NCBI GenBank assembly: GCA_030264375.1
Contig: JASCQW010000061.1
Span: 118,583,046-118,647,045, forward strand
Length of the DNA stretch: 64,000 bases
Direction of reading: 5' to 3'
From: Carcharhinus longimanus
Taxonomy: Eukaryota
The translations under genes were made by a program, and so were the position numbers. Under the pieces are notes generated by a model that was not told where the DNA came from, made no database searches, and was given only the letters and a program-made list of their open reading frames with translations. Positions 25,530-40,219 of the stretch are shown piece by piece; the first letter of the stretch is position 1, and each line of letters starts with the position of its first letter.

Positions 25530-27789
25530 GGGGAGTCCAGAACTAGGGGTCACTATCTGAGGAGACCATTTAGGACCGAAACGAGGAGAAATTTCTTCAC
25601 CCAGAGAATGATAAGCCGACGGCATTCTCTACCACAGAAAGCAGTCGTATGTTTTCAAGGAGGAGTTAGATGTAGCTCTTGGGGCTAAGGATATGGGAGG
25701 GAAAGCAAAAAGAAGGGTTACTGAGTTGGATGGTCAGCCATGACCATAGCGAACGGCAAAGCAGGCTTGAGGGGACGAATGGCCTACTCCTGCTCCTATT
25801 TTCTATGTTTCTACACGAAAAGGTTCAAGAGCCAAAACAAAAGAGTGGCTGCAGGCCAATTACTGTGCCATGTTGCTGGACTGTTTATACTGCTGCAGCA
25901 AGACCCTGGATCAGTAATTGCAAAGTCCACAGGAGGTGGTGCAGAAGGTGGTCATTCGGTCCACAGAGAGTTTTTTGTGCCAACTTCGTCTGCTTTATTG
26001 ACAGTTGTTCTTAATTTTATTCAAGAGGAGCCGATACAGATTTCAGCCCACAAGAATTAACAAAATTGCAATTTAAAGAACATAGGAGAAATATCCACAA
26101 TTCACCCTAACCAGCAATAAATGAAGCCATCCCTGCAAAACATGACACGAAATGTTGTGAAGTAAATACACTCAAAAATTAAAGAAATTGCAGATTATAT
26201 CTTGGAGTTCAACACACCCTAGTGGCAAAATCTAAAACTACATCAGAAAACATTTCATAGCTTTCATCAATCAAGACAGTTGTACCCCGTCATTTTTTTT
26301 AACGACCTGCGTATTATTTGTACGTTAATACGCCGTTTATTTATAATATTCAGGTCATGGGCATTAACAGAGACGTTCACCCAGTGCTCATGCATATAGG
26401 ATGTGATTGTAGGGTTGAAGATCATGGAATCCCTACAGTGCAGAAGGAAGTTATTTGCCCATCAAGCTTGCACAAACAACAATCTCACCCAGGCCCCTGT
26501 CCCTGTAACCCCATGTATTTATCCTGCTAATCCCCCGACACTAAGGGGTAATTTACCATGGCCAAGCAACCTAACCCGTACATCTTTGGAGTGTTGGAGG
26601 AAACCCAAGCAAACACGGAGATAATGTGCAAACTCCACACAGACAATGACCTGCAGCTAGAATTAGAACCAGGTCCCTGGTGCTGTGAGCAGCAGTGATG
26701 CAGATATGTAATGTGTATCTTTGTAAATAAGAAGTCCTGAGTGCATAAAATCTAAGCTTCAGTTCTATCCTTCACTGCCTGACTTTCAGAGTTCTAACCT
26801 CGTGTTTCAATGCCTGCATTCATATAAAGATTTCATGTAAAAATCAATGAGTATAAAATAGTCATGTTGGCAAGAAAGAATATTTTATGAAATCATGCAT
26901 AATTAAAATTAATGGACATAAAATACTGCAGAGCTCATTGCACGATATCCCAACATGTAACATTATTGTGCACATTTGTACGAAGAACGTAAGAAATAGA
27001 AGCAGCAATAGGTACTGTTAAAGGAGTATAGGATTACTTGGGACAAAATGACTAATAGATTAAAGTAATTTAGAGTGAATATAGGACAGAAAAAGGACTA
27101 AGTACCTGAAGTTACAAAGGTGCTGTTTTGCATAAAAATACATAGAAGCACTGTTAGAGAATTTAAACATATATTTTTCAATATTCTGTACACCTTGGCC
27201 AACTACACGCTTCCCCAAGGCATGGTGGAATATAGCTAAGTAAAAAAGAACCATTTTCCTTTGAAACAATACAACTACTAAGTGAAATAGAAAAGCACTC
27301 TCTTACTAGCGCGGGTCTCAGATAGTTTGGGCAATCCCGGACAGCCAAATGAATAGAGTAATACAATTTTTCCGAAAAAGAATTGCTCAGTACATAGTGA
27401 GACGGTCGGAAAAATGTTCCGGATTTACGTATTGAGGTTGCTAGGACACGGTGGGCAACAACTTCCAGACTGTACGGACCTATATATTTTCATGCTGCCA
27501 GATGGTGGGATATTATTGGTCAAGGTAAAAAATTCATACTAACATGATTGGCTCACCTGGCTAGGATGAACAGAATAGGCGGGCAGATGATTGCTGAAAA
27601 ATGTATAAATGTAATACTGATAATGTAAATTAGAATAATTTAGGGCTGCCCTAAAGCGTTCTCGCACACGTGGACCAGGCTCGGGCAACAATAGAACACA
27701 TCTTCAACCAGAATTACTGTCTCCGTGAGCTCTTTGTATTTGCTAAGTTGCAATTAATTACGTAAAAGCCAGCAAGATACTTACATCGA

Positions 27790-29226
27790 CGAAAAGCTCC
27801 TTCAGCCATTAAACAAGATCATAGCTGATCCGATCTGAGCTTCAACTCTACTTTGCTGTCTGTTCCCCATAACTTCTGACTCCACTATTGTTCTAGAACG
27901 TCTATCTCAGCCTTGAACATAATCAACAGTTCCGTCCCCACAGATCCCTGAGATAGAATTCTAAAGGTTCCACAACTCCATCTTAAAATGGATTAGTCCT
28001 TATTCGGAAATTATATCTCTTGTTTGAGATTCTCCCATGAAGGGAATCAGCCTCTCAGTATTTACTCTATCAAGACCCCTCAGAACCATGCGTTCTATAG
28101 ATCACCTCTCGTTCTTCTAAACACCAATGAGTATACACTGTAGTTGTTTAATGCTTCCTCAGAAGACAAACCGCTCATCCCAAGGATTAACCTAGTGTGC
28201 CTTCTCTGAACTATCTCCAATGCAAAAATATCCTTCCTTAAATAAGGAGACCAAATGACATACAGTACTCGAGGTGTGGTCCCACCAATATCCTGTACAG
28301 TAGCAAGACCTTCCTTCTTTTATACTCCAAACCATGCATTAAAGCTTAACATTCAATTAATTACTTTCAGTATTGGCATGCTAACTTTTCGTATTTCATG
28401 TACGAGGACACCCAGACTGCGCTGTATTGCAGCATTCTGTAGTCTATTTCCATATAATATTCAGCATTTCTATTCTTCCTAACAAACTGAATACATCACA
28501 TTATATTGCATCTGCCTAAACTTTGCCCACTTAATTAGTCTATCTCATTCCCTTTGTAGATTTTGTCCTCCTCACAACTTGCTTTCCTATCTATCATTGT
28601 GTCATCAGCAAACGACTGCAAATAGTTGAGGCCCCATTAGTGATCCCTGCAACACTCCACTAGTTAGTATGGCAACCTGAAAGTGACTCATTATCCCAAC
28701 TCTGTTCATTAATCAATCCTCTATCTATGCTAATACATTACCCCTAACACTATGAGTTCTTATCTAGTATAAAAAGTATTTATGTGGCACCTTATCAAGT
28801 GGCTTTTGGAAATCTAGATGCACTGCACAGCCACCTGTTCTCCTTTATCTACCCTGCATATTAAATCCTTAAAGAAATCTAATAAATTTGTTAAACATGA
28901 TTTTCCTTTCACAGAAGGACGTTGACTCTGATCAATGGGATTATGAATCCCCTTCACTAATAATTATTTACAGTATTTTTCCAATGAAAGATTAACTGGT
29001 GTACTGTTTTCAGTCATGACATCTGCAGTTTCCCAAACCTTTCCAAACTCGAGAGAATTAGTTACAACCAATACACCCACCATCTTTGCAGCCACTTATT
29101 TTAATAGCCTAGGATGCAGGAGATCAGGTTGAGGGGACTTGTCAGCTTTTAGTCCCAATAAATTGCTGATCACCTCTTCTTTACTGAAAATGGTTGTTTT
29201 AAGTTATTTCCTTCCTTTGGCCTCCT
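27790..29226 (-). mobile_element. Old CR1 LINE remnant
   Basis: Colinear with other CR1 3' halves. Confidence 0.75.
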
Positions 29227-31020
29227 NNNNNNNNNNNNNNNNNNNNNNNNNNNNNNNNNNNNNNNNNNNNNNNNNNNNNNNNNNNNNNNNNNNNNNNNNN
29301 NNNNNNNNNNNNNNNNNNNNNNNNNNGAACTTCTTCACTCAAAGGGTGGTGAATCTCTGGAATTCTCTGCCCGTTGAAGTGGTGGAGGCTACCTCGCTAA
29401 ATAGATTTAAGACGCGGGTAGATAGGTTTTTGGTAGGCAAGGGGATTAAGGGTTATGGGGAGAAAGCAGGAAAATGGAACTGAGCCACTTCAGATCAGCC
29501 ACGATCTCACTGAATGGCGGGGCAGGCTCGAAGGGCTAGATGGCCTACTCCTGCTCCTATTTCTTATGTTCTTATGTTTAACAAGGATCTGTTGTAATGG
29601 CCTCGCTGCTAGGACTGGAGGCAAATGGAGGGCCCCTTGGGCAGTGTCAGCATGGTATACCGGCAGTGCCCTCTGGGAATGGCCTGAGGAGGGTGGGGCC
29701 TAAGGCTGTACACTCTGAAATTGAGGGCGGAGGGGGTGAAATCAGCCGTGGAGGCCAGGAGTAGCACACAGCAGAGCAATCTGTGCAAATGCAATGGCGA
29801 CTTCTGCTGCAATCTGCCGACTTTTGGTGAGCCTAGGCCCTGTTCCCATCCTGCTGCTGGGAAACAGATCTTGCCTTTTTTCTCCCTGACTCGCCCAAAC
29901 AAAAAGGGCAATTTTGTCCCATTTTCACACTCGTTCGGCTCTTAGAATTCTTTTGGTAAGATGGTTTCCCCTAGCTCTTCCTCATTTTCCATTATTAACT
30001 TGCCAGGCGAGTATGGGGTAAAGGGAGAAAAGTGACCACAAGAGGAGAAGATAGATGTGTGCCTCTGACCATCATATCAATCAAGAGGAAGTTCCCTGTC
30101 TTCAAATCCTTATGCCTTCAAACTCACTGGTGGAGGAGTGTAAGATGCAGCCTCCAGTTGCCCCTTTCATCTATCTGTGCCCGCCGACCTACATTCATTC
30201 CTGGTGAAGCAATGGCTCAATTTTAAAATTCCCATCCTTGTTTTCAAATCCCAACCGGAGCGTGGCTCCTCCTATCTCTCATCTCCTACAGCCTCACAAC
30301 CGTCCAAGACTGCAGCTGTTAAAAGGTGGTGGTTCAAGCTTCCCAAGGCCAAGTAAGGATGGGCAACAAAACACTGGTCTTACTAGCGACACTCACATCC
30401 CATGAAAGAATAAAAAAGACAAAGTCACTGTATTCCTCCAATCTGCCCTTGAGCATCCCACATTTTGATTAATCCATTGATGACTGTGTCCTTAGTTGCT
30501 GGACCCTGAGCTCTTGAATTCCTTCCTGAACCTCCCATTTTCTCTACTCCACCCTTATCCTTTAGGATGCTCTTGGATCAAGCATTTGGTCATCTGTCCT
30601 AATAGCTCCTTATCGTGTTGGTGTTTTGTTTTGTTTTATAATGCTCCTGAGAAACACCCTGTGTTGTATTAATACGTTAAAGGTGCTATATAAATACACT
30701 TGTTAGCCAATTTTAAACAGTTACATGTCACCGTGTTTACAGCTTTTGAAAAATAATTTCACATCAGTATAATATAGATTGACTGTCTATCAAAATGTTA
30801 CAGAACATATAATGTCACATCATTTACTCACATCAAAGCCTCTTATTGGGTATTATTTAGACTGTGTATGAAAGATGATCTTATTCATAAGTAATGAAAT
30901 CCTTAAAACAAAACCTATGAATAATTCTCATGCGAAGCAAAGGATGTTGCGGTTTCTAGTCTTGTTTCATTCACAGCGCCTACTGCAATGACATCATACA
31001 GGCAAAAGACAATCACTAAC

Positions 31021-31191
31021 CTGCATGTTCCTCAGGAGCTGGAAGATCTCCATTGTTCTTGAAACAATGTCTTGCACCGTCTCTTGGCCGATTCGACAGA
31101 GAGAAGCTGTATTAACTTCACGTCCAGCCTGGGCCTGGGGTCCAGAAAATGCGCCAGACATTCCAGCACCAGGCACTGGGGGCGTTGCCAT
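31021..31191 (-). CDS. MED30: Mediator subunit 30, first coding exon (57 codons)
   Basis: MATPPVPGAGMSGAFSGPQAQAGREVNTASLCRIGQETVQDIVSRTMEIFQLLRNMQ matches the vertebrate MED30 N-terminus. Phase-0 donor CAG|GTTAGT at 31020. Upstream acceptor (pyrimidine tract, TAG at 31229-31231) suggests the exon begins at 31228. Confidence 0.97.
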
Positions 31192-32949
31192 GACTCCCTT
31201 TCTTCTTACACGTCAATGATACGAAATTCTAGTAGTAAGGGAATTGCACAGAGAAGACAGGAATATTTCAAGCCATATTTAGTAAAGAAATGAAGAATGC
31301 CATATGCATGCATTGTGTAAAATGTCTGCACTAATTTGTTTAGCGATTGATAAAGCATATAAACTTTTTGATGTAATCCCACTAGTCAGAATCAAATTTG
31401 TGACACGCTCAGGAGGTTCAGCTGATGCCATTAATGAACAGAAAAACATTTGTTTGTAACGATACCAGAATCCCATATGTGCTGTTGAATCACAAAATCA
31501 TCCCATGAGGCTTATTATCCATATACACAAATGCAATTTCATTCTCATTTGTTAACCACACATGGAAGCCCTCCAGCTGCTGCCTGTGTGATCAAGGTCT
31601 ACTTTTTTCTGAGTCAACGAACTGCAAATTTGTGTTATTTAGTGACATAAATGTTTGCACGTATTGCAATTTATAATGCCAAGGACTTAACCATTTCAGA
31701 CGCTAAAAGAAACAGGATTTTACTGAGAATCGAGGAGTCTTACAGCAGTACAGGTCGAATTTCCTTTATTTGTCATTTCAAACACATCCAAAAAGTGCAT
31801 TTGTTTTGAAACTCATCGATCTTCATTGCGGCAAGTCTGTGACTTAAGCTGCCGCGAACCTCACCGACTGCACTGCAGCGTGGGAAGTTGAGTTATTTGA
31901 CTGCACTGTTTTCCTTGCAGACCCTCTCCAAGCACAATTGCAAATGGTGCCACAGGTGGAAAATTATTGTCGGTTCCCCATATTATTCATTCAGTGGCAC
32001 ATCTTACTTTTCTAACCATTTTATTAAACTATATAGCTAGCCTAAGCTTTGGCCACTGCAACGCAAGGAGGCCGAGGCCCATATGCAGTATGCAAAAACT
32101 GAATTCCGTAACTTTATCAGCTCCAAGGGTGTCAGATAAAGGATACTCAAACTGCAGCACGCCACAGTTTAATAAAGACATTTTAACAGCAAGCCAGTTA
32201 GAGGAAAAAATATTCTAGTGGTAGGTTTCCTTATTTTCAAGATGGTGCGAGACACAGGCCCATGAAAGAGCGGACCGTAACTAAAAATCCATCTACCATA
32301 CCCTTGGCTGACTAAAATATCACGCTCATATTCAAAATGATCAATTCAGGTAGCATCTATGCCTGCAATTTGTGACAGCATTCTACACTTCTACCACCCT
32401 TTTCGTGAATAAGTCATAAGTCATAAGAAATAGGAGCAGGAGTAGGCCATCTGGCCCTTCGAGCCTGCCCCGCCATTCAATAAGATCATGGCTGATNNNN
32501 NNNNNNNNNNNNNNNNNNNNNNNNNNNNNNNNNNNNNNNNNNNNNNNNNNNNNNNNNNNNNNNNNNNNNNNNNNNNNNNNNNNNNNNNNNNNNNNNGCCT
32601 AGTTCATTCAGCCTCTCCTCATAGCTCAACCCCCTCAACTCCGGTATCAGCCTAGTAAACCTCCTCTGCACTCATGAGTGGCATAGTGATTAGCACTGCT
32701 TCGTCACAGTGCCAGGGACCTGGGTTCGATTCTCTGCTTGGCTCACTGTCAGTGTGGAATCTGCATGTTCTCCCCATGTCTGTGTGGGTTTCCTCCCACA
32801 GTCTGAAACTCGTGCTAGTGAGGTGCATTGACCCGAACAAGCGCCCGAGTATGGCGACTAGGGCAATTTCACAGTAACTTCATTGCAGCGTTAATGTACG
32901 TCTTACTCGTGACACAAATAAATAAACTTTATCTTCTGTCCTGCCAGGT

Positions 32950-35460
32950 TACAAGCACATGAATTAAAATCAAGAGTAGTCCATTTAATCCCTTCAGCAT
33001 GGTCTGTCATTTGATAACATGATAGCTGTTCTGATTATAGTCTCAAATCTACTTTCCTAGCTATCCCCACTAACCTCTGACTCCCTTGTCGATCAACAAT
33101 CTAGCTAACATCGCCGTACAAATATTTAAAGAGCCTACCTCCACTGCTCTCTGGGAAGGGAACTCCACAGACTAACAGCCCGCTGAGAGAAGACTTCTCC
33201 TCATCTCCATCCTTTTTAAACCGTGCCCTCTAATTCTAGTCTCTCCCACACGAGGGAGCATCGTCTAAGCATCAATTGTGTCAAGTCCCCTCAGGAACGT
33301 TATATCTCAATAAGATCACCCCTCATTTTTCTAAACTCCAATGAGAATAGGTCCAACCTTTCTTCATAAAACCACCCTTCAGCCCAGGATTCTGTGGAGT
33401 GAATCATCAATGGATGCAAAACCTTCAAGTAAGGAAGCCAAAACAGTACACAGTACTCCAGATTCCTTGTACAACTATCACGAAACTTATGTACTTTCAT
33501 TTTCCATTCCTCTTGCAATAAACATTAACATTCCATTTCCTTCCCAATCACAAGCTTTTTGAGATTCATGTATTAGGTCATCCATTCCCTCTGTTCCACA
33601 TAGTACTGTAATCCCCCTCCAATTAAATGATATTCTTTTCTAGCCAGAGTGGACAACATTATATGCCAGCTGCCATTTATTTGCCAAGCCTCTTAACCTA
33701 TTGATATCCCTTTGTCACAACTTACTCTCTCTATATTTGCATCATTAGCAAACTTAGTAACTATGCACCCAGTCCCCTCACCCTCTCATTGTAAATATTT
33801 GAAACACCAGCACTGATCCTTGTGCAGTCCACCAGCAACAGTTCGCCAATCTGAAAATGACCCAATTATCCCTATTCTCTCCTTCCTGTTAGCTAACCGA
33901 TCCTAATTTGTTACTCCCTGCTCGATGAGCTCTTGTTTTCTGCAGCAAACTTTGTTGTGGCATCTTATTGAATGTCTTTTGAAAATCCAAAAAAAGCCAC
34001 ATCTACAAGTCCCAATTTATGCACGTTAATTTAATGAAACATGATTTCCCTTTCAGTAAACAAGGATAATACTGGCTGATTATATTAAGCTTTTCCAAAT
34101 GCCTTGCTATAACCTCCTTAATAATAGATTCAAGCATTTTCTCTATGACATATATTAGCCTAACCGGCTAGTAGCTTCCTGACTCCACACTTTCTCGAAT
34201 AGAGGACTTATATTTATTATTTACCAATCTGATTGGTCCTTTCCAGAATTTAGGAAATTCTGGAAAATTAAAATGGTTTATTCATGAGTCACAAGTGAGG
34301 TTTACATTAATACTGCAATTACGTTATTGTGAAATTTCCCGAGTTGTCACAGTCTGGCACCTGCTTGGGTACACTGAGGGACAATTCAGCATGGCCAATG
34401 CACCTAACCAGCACATCTTTCAGACTGTGGGAGGAAACCCATGCAGACACGGGGAGAACGTGCAGACTCTGCACATACACTGACCCAAGCAGTAATTGAA
34501 CCCGGGTCCCTGGCAGTATGAGGCAGCAGTGCTAACCACTGTGTCACCTTATTACCAGCAAAACATTTCCTATCTCAGCAGAAACTAATTTTAAAATTCT
34601 AAGATAAAAGTCCGTCAATTCGTAGAAACTTGTTAACCTTCAGTTCTAAGTTCTCTCAGTATCGCTCATCCAGTGATTGTAATCATATTAATTTCCTCTC
34701 TCCCTTTCATCTCTTGATTTGCATCTTCTCCAATGAAGGGAGACACACACACTATCTGGTCAACACTCTGCTCTTTCCTTATTTCCCATTCTTACTCTCT
34801 GGAGGACCAACACTTGCTTTAGTTATTCTTTTCCTTATTAAATACTTTCTGAAATTCATTATCTATTTTTACATTTCTGGCTACCTTCCCCTGATTTCTC
34901 CCTCTTTTTTTTGCTACATCATTCTTTGCTTGTTTTAAATTGTCTCCAACCTAGTGACCTACCACTAACCTTTGCAGAATGACATGCTTTTTCATTCAAT
35001 TTGATACCATCCTTAACTTCTATACGTAAATTAGCTAAGGATGGCACACTCTACTCACTGGAATGTATCGTTGCTAAGTGTTATGAAATACGTCCTTAAA
35101 TATCTGGCACTATATTTCTACTTGCCCTACCATTTAACCTAATTTCCTACTTCACTTAAGCCAGTTCTATCTTCCCACCACTGTAATTGCCTTTAATCAA
35201 ATTTAAAATGATAGTCTTAGACCCACACTTCCTTTCTTGAAACTAATTGCAAATTTCAACCATGCTATGATCACTACTACCCAGAGGATCCTTCACTACG
35301 AGATCATTAATTTATCCTGTCTCCACGTACATTATGAGATCCAGAATAGCCTGCTCTCTAGTTAATCCTACAACGTGCTGTTCTAAGAAATTGTGCTGAA
35401 AACACTTGATGAACTCAGCTTCCATGGCACATTTGTCAATCAGATTTGTCCAATCAATAC
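32950..35460 (-). mobile_element. Old CR1 LINE remnant with nested V-SINE
   Basis: LEYCVLFW..LFSLEFRKMRGDLIE translation; continues 5' toward the endonuclease region. Confidence 0.78.
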
Positions 35461-38400
35461 AAGAGATTTTAAGAGGTCAACTTCCCTAGGCTCTGCCACC
35501 ATCAGAACAAAAAAACCTTCATCACGATCCTAAAAGTATCAAATGATCACACAATCTTCCTTCTCCTATGAAATGCAAGCCTAGTTTGTACAGTTCTCAT
35601 CTCATAATTGAGCTATTGGGAGTCCTGGTATCATTCTGGTAAATCTGTGCTGCACTCCTTCCAAGGCTAATTAATCCTTTCTGATCTGCCGTGCCCAGAA
35701 TGGTACACGGTATTTCAGTTGCGGCCTAACTGGGGCCTTGTGCAGTTGCAGCAAAACTTCCTCCCCTGGAAATCTTTCTTTGCATCTACTATAACTCAAT
35801 GATCTCAGTACACGAAAACCTTTCTGGATTGCCGTTGTTTCCAGCATTTAAATAATACTCAAGTCCAGCCTTTTAGGATCCAAAATGGATAATTACATGC
35901 ATTGAAATTCATCTGGCACAGTTTTGCCCAAGAATCAACATCTCATTGCAATTTTATGCTCTCATTTCATCAATCTGAGCCATAATTTCCACCCAGCAGT
36001 GTAAAGAGATGTCCTGCTGGAATTACAACAGTAAGCACACTGACCTGCTCGAGAAAACTTTGTTCAAACATCCATTAGCTGGAGCTGCTTGGGGCCTGCA
36101 ATGAAAGAGGCCTCTGTCCAGTGCAACACCAGTGAACGCAGGAGACCGTGCCCCCCTTTTTTTAATGCACTGCCAGCTGTAAAGCAGGCATGTTTAAAGG
36201 GGCCAGTGAAACCGACAGGCCAAGAAGATAAGTGCTTGGAATTTGAGGTCAGGTTCGAATCAGGGCAAGTTGGGTGGTAGGGCACACTCGTGCAAGTGTC
36301 ATCAGGGTCAGGTTCGATTGCATGGGTGTTGGGTTGGGGTCAGGTCCACTGGCACAGGTGTCAGATATAGTCTACTCAAGCCAGGTCCACAGGTTGGCAA
36401 CGAGGGGGTAAGGGAGCGGTACTCCCATGCAGCTAGGGTCTGTGGGGCAGGACGGGCAGTCAGAATGGAGAGGATTGGGTATTTCATTGGGTTGATTAGT
36501 CGATTGCCGGGGTGACCCGTATGTATCTTGGTCTGGGAGTTTAAAGTAGTAACTTTGAAAATGAGAAGTGTTTTACTTCTTCTAACTCTTCCAGAATAAC
36601 TGGGAGAACCACCCAGAGTTAGCAATTTCAATTGCTTTTTCAGATGGTTCCGAGCACAGTGTAATCGTGCAAGGGAAGTTCATGCTTCTGGACAACGCCT
36701 GCGTGGATTCTTACCTGGGAAATTCCAAGAAGGATTCCCCAGTGGATCTTTGGAGTTCCCCCTTAAATCTGATGGTGAGCCTTAAAAGTACAGACCTTCA
36801 TGTTGTTATGAGCAACACTGAATATGAAGGTAATGCACATATACACACAATATATATTACATACAGAATCATAGAATCCCTACAGTGTAGGAGGCGACCA
36901 TCTGGCCTAGCCTGCACCGACAATTCCACCCCCAGGCCCTATCCCTGTAACCTGACACATTTACCCTGCTAATTCCCCTGACACTAAGGGGCAATTTAAC
37001 ATGGCCAATCAACCTAACCCGCACATCTGGCTGCATGCATCTACCTGCTTAGACTACATTCAAACCCATCTTATTCCCAACTATCAACCATAGAATCACA
37101 GAAACTTAGAACAGAGAAAAAAGCCATTCAGTTCACCATGCTCATGAGCAGCTGTGCTTATCCAATACCCTCACTTTTTGCATTTAACTCTAAATTCCTC
37201 ATCCTTTTCACACACCAGCCCAATTTCCTTTTAAAATTATCTATGGAATCACTCACACCCCCTTTCCAGGTATAGCATTCCAGATTCCAACAACTTTAAC
37301 TATTATAATCCATTAGGCCATACTGTACATACTAGTGTGGCTTTGCCTTTTAAGAATACAGATTTTCCTGTCAAATGTTTTACGGCAATTTCGTAAAGCA
37401 AAATTCTTGATTAGGCGCATTATACATTTTTATTTGATTCGTCCTTTCAGAGTATAAGAATTACAACGAGTTACCTATTGTAAATTACATGAACTCACTG
37501 AGTGTTTTCAATCACATAAGGAGATCAAGTACAATATCACCATAGTCTAGAACCTTGACAAGGTTCGTGAGATGAAGATTTACTGACAATTGAAAGGGCA
37601 CAGAGTAGCAGGGGAAACTATATACCAGGCAGCGCAAAAACGAACTATAAATTTTCCAAAGGGGTCAATTAGCTTTTTCAATGTTGTGAGCAGAAAGAAA
37701 ATTTTAAAAAGTTACTTTTTCTTCAGCAAAGTAATACTCCAGGCAAAACTTTATCCCTCAGACCCTCCTGCATGCAGGCTGCTTCAATGGTGATCAATTT
37801 CTCTCTGCCATTTTGTAAAGTGATAAACAATGGTGAATGTGAAATAAAATCCAAGGCAGAATCTTAAATATTTAAATAGTTAACATCCATACATCTGGCC
37901 GATGATGATCAATCCTCACACACCACAACTACCAAATCTAGAGTTGCTGCTATCATAGACAACATCGTGTACATCAAGGTCAGCATCAATTAAGCCATAT
38001 GGCTCATTTTTATCATCAACTTGTTTCCATAAATTTCCTTGTCGCCCAAGTACAGCCGAGTCCTGTACAACCTCAAACGTTTACCCAGTTCTACTGGCCC
38101 CATATCTGATTTGGCACATATCTCTTCTTCCAACTTATCTAGCTCACCCCTCTGCCAGTGAAATCTTTACAGATCTTCACTAATCAGGGATGGACTCTTT
38201 ATATGTTCCTCGATAGGCTTCCCAGTTCCAGCCTTTGCACTTATCAAGTGTGGAACTCGATGCTCAAGTTCTTTGCTCCATCCAATGGCTCCTTGTGTCC
38301 CAGGAAACTTCAAGATACGTTTCTTATCCTTCAAATTCACAATGGGCTCCTCTCACCCAATGCAATCAGCTCCTCCAGCCAGAATATACCTATTCTTGCA

Positions 38401-38479
38401 ACTCCAGATTTCCCTTCATTACTTAGTAAGTTTCTGGCAACTTCCCACATCACTCCAAAAAGGGTCAATCTTTTAATTG

Positions 38480-38830
38480 GGAGAGATGGTGACAGTGCTA
38501 ATGTCACTGAGCTAGAAATCCAGAAGCCCCAGGAGCATGGGTTTAAATCCCACTATGGGCACGGGTGGAATTTAAATACAGTTAATAAAAAAAAACCCTG
38601 GAATTTAAAGCTAGTTTTAGCAATGATGACTGTGAAACTATTGACGGTCACAAAAAAAACCTCTCATTTAGGAAAGGAAATCTGCCATTCTTAACTAGGT
38701 CTGGCCTACACGTGACTCCAGAGCTACAGTAACGTGGCTGACTCTTAACCACTCTCCAAGACAATTAGGAATGGGCAATAAATGCTGGCCTCGTCAGTGA
38801 TGCCCTCATTTCATGAGCAAATTTTAAAAA
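38480..38830 (+). mobile_element. tRNA-derived SINE (SlmI/Meta-SINE-like) with LINE-derived tail
   Basis: Core GGAAATCTGCCATTCTTAACTAGGTCTGGCCTACACGTGACTCCAGA; tail GGGCAATAAATGCTGGCC. Copies at 51095-51410 (+) and 49930-50135 (-). Confidence 0.65.
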
Positions 38831-40067
38831 ATTATGACCCTGTCCTTTGGGATTTTCTTCCAAAATAACATTGCTCTCTGTCTCTCTCGCTCTCATCTTC
38901 AAAAACAAATCACTTATTCCTTTAGTTTTTTTCCTTGTCCAGATCTGCCTATCAGTAAAATACTCTTTTCTGTGATGAATATTATACTAATGCCTAAAAT
39001 TAATAACAATCAAGATTGTTATTTCAATGAAAATACAGTCAGAATTAAAACAAACAGCAGTATCTCCTCTCAGGTAAAAAGATCATTAAGTGTTTTTTTA
39101 AAAAATCCTAATTGTTTTTCAACTATTTTGATGTCCCTGCTTCCATGTAATTCAGAGCGGTCTGACGTACAGCAGTGACTCGCTTCTCAGTCTATGAGCT
39201 ATAACTAATGTGCAGCCTGGGAAATTAAACACAAGGGATTTCAGACCCTCAAAAGAAAAAGATAGGAGACAGCAGATGCCAAGCACATACTTCCTTTAGA
39301 CATGCTGTGTATGGAAGCCAAACAACAGGCATTCCTCAAGGGGTTTACCATCGCCCGAGAAACTGGGTCAGAAACACTTAGCTGCAATTCCTTTGGGATA
39401 CTTACAATTAAAATGGTGGCAGTGGCAATTTAATGCTGAGCTGATACAGTCTATTAGAAAACTATGTCAACAATTCCTCTAAGATTCTGTGGGCTGCTTA
39501 GCTGACCCTGAGCTGCTGCAAATACTGCTCATCAGGCAGTAAATAAGGAAGCTGGAACTACCTGCAACCCTGGGGCAGAGAAAGAGAGGAAAATTTCACC
39601 TTTTAGCAGATGGAACATAAGAGATGTTCTTGTTTCTATATAATCAATAACTTATAAAACTTGCAGCTTCAAAGAGTTTGCAGTAAATAGTTGGAATTAC
39701 AACGTACGTGTCCACAAGGATAGCTGACCACAGCTTGCATCGCACAGTGAGGACCCTCATGGAGTGAACTCTTTCACTCGTTCATCACACTGCAAGGGAA
39801 AAACTGTCGCTTTAAATGGGAGTACCACTTTAAAACACATCCAAACCTTTGGCTGGTTGACACCAACAGAATTAGTCTCCCGGACAAATGCCACACGAAC
39901 CCTTTATTTCACAATACTGGGGCTTTTGAAAGGTAAGTGATGTTGGCATCTGTCTAAATGTCATTCCTTCAGCCATGATAAACAAGCCGGAAAGGCCGGC
40001 CGCAGCAATGCAGGAGCACACATGCCTCAGTACCGTCTCGCCAACTGTTACTCGCTTCAATACTCAC

Positions 40068-40200
40068 AGCCCGGCCTCATGCCAGTTTCCCAGTCGTCAG
40101 GAAGGCGCCCCGACCGCAGCTCATTGAGACAGGCACTCAACAGGGAGACAGCCAGCCCTGCAGCCCGCGCCTGCGCACACGCCGAACAGCCTGACGGTCA
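40068..40200 (-). other. MED30: Candidate non-coding first exon of MED30 (5' end uncertain)
   Basis: Consensus donor GCT|GTGAGT at 40067-40062 at the downstream edge of the CpG island; would splice to the acceptor at 31228. Confidence 0.5.
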
Positions 40201-40219
40201 CACCTGAGCCCAGACTACC

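Larger units (their letters stand above)
25030..25812 (+). mobile_element. CR1 3' end
   Basis: LEYRVQFWSPYLRNDV..QQRFTRLIPGM; tail TTTCTATGTTTCTA. Confidence 0.85.

Noticed and set aside
38158-38694. 178-aa ORF
   Set aside because: Runs across an L2 remnant and a SINE with no recognisable domain; chance open frame.
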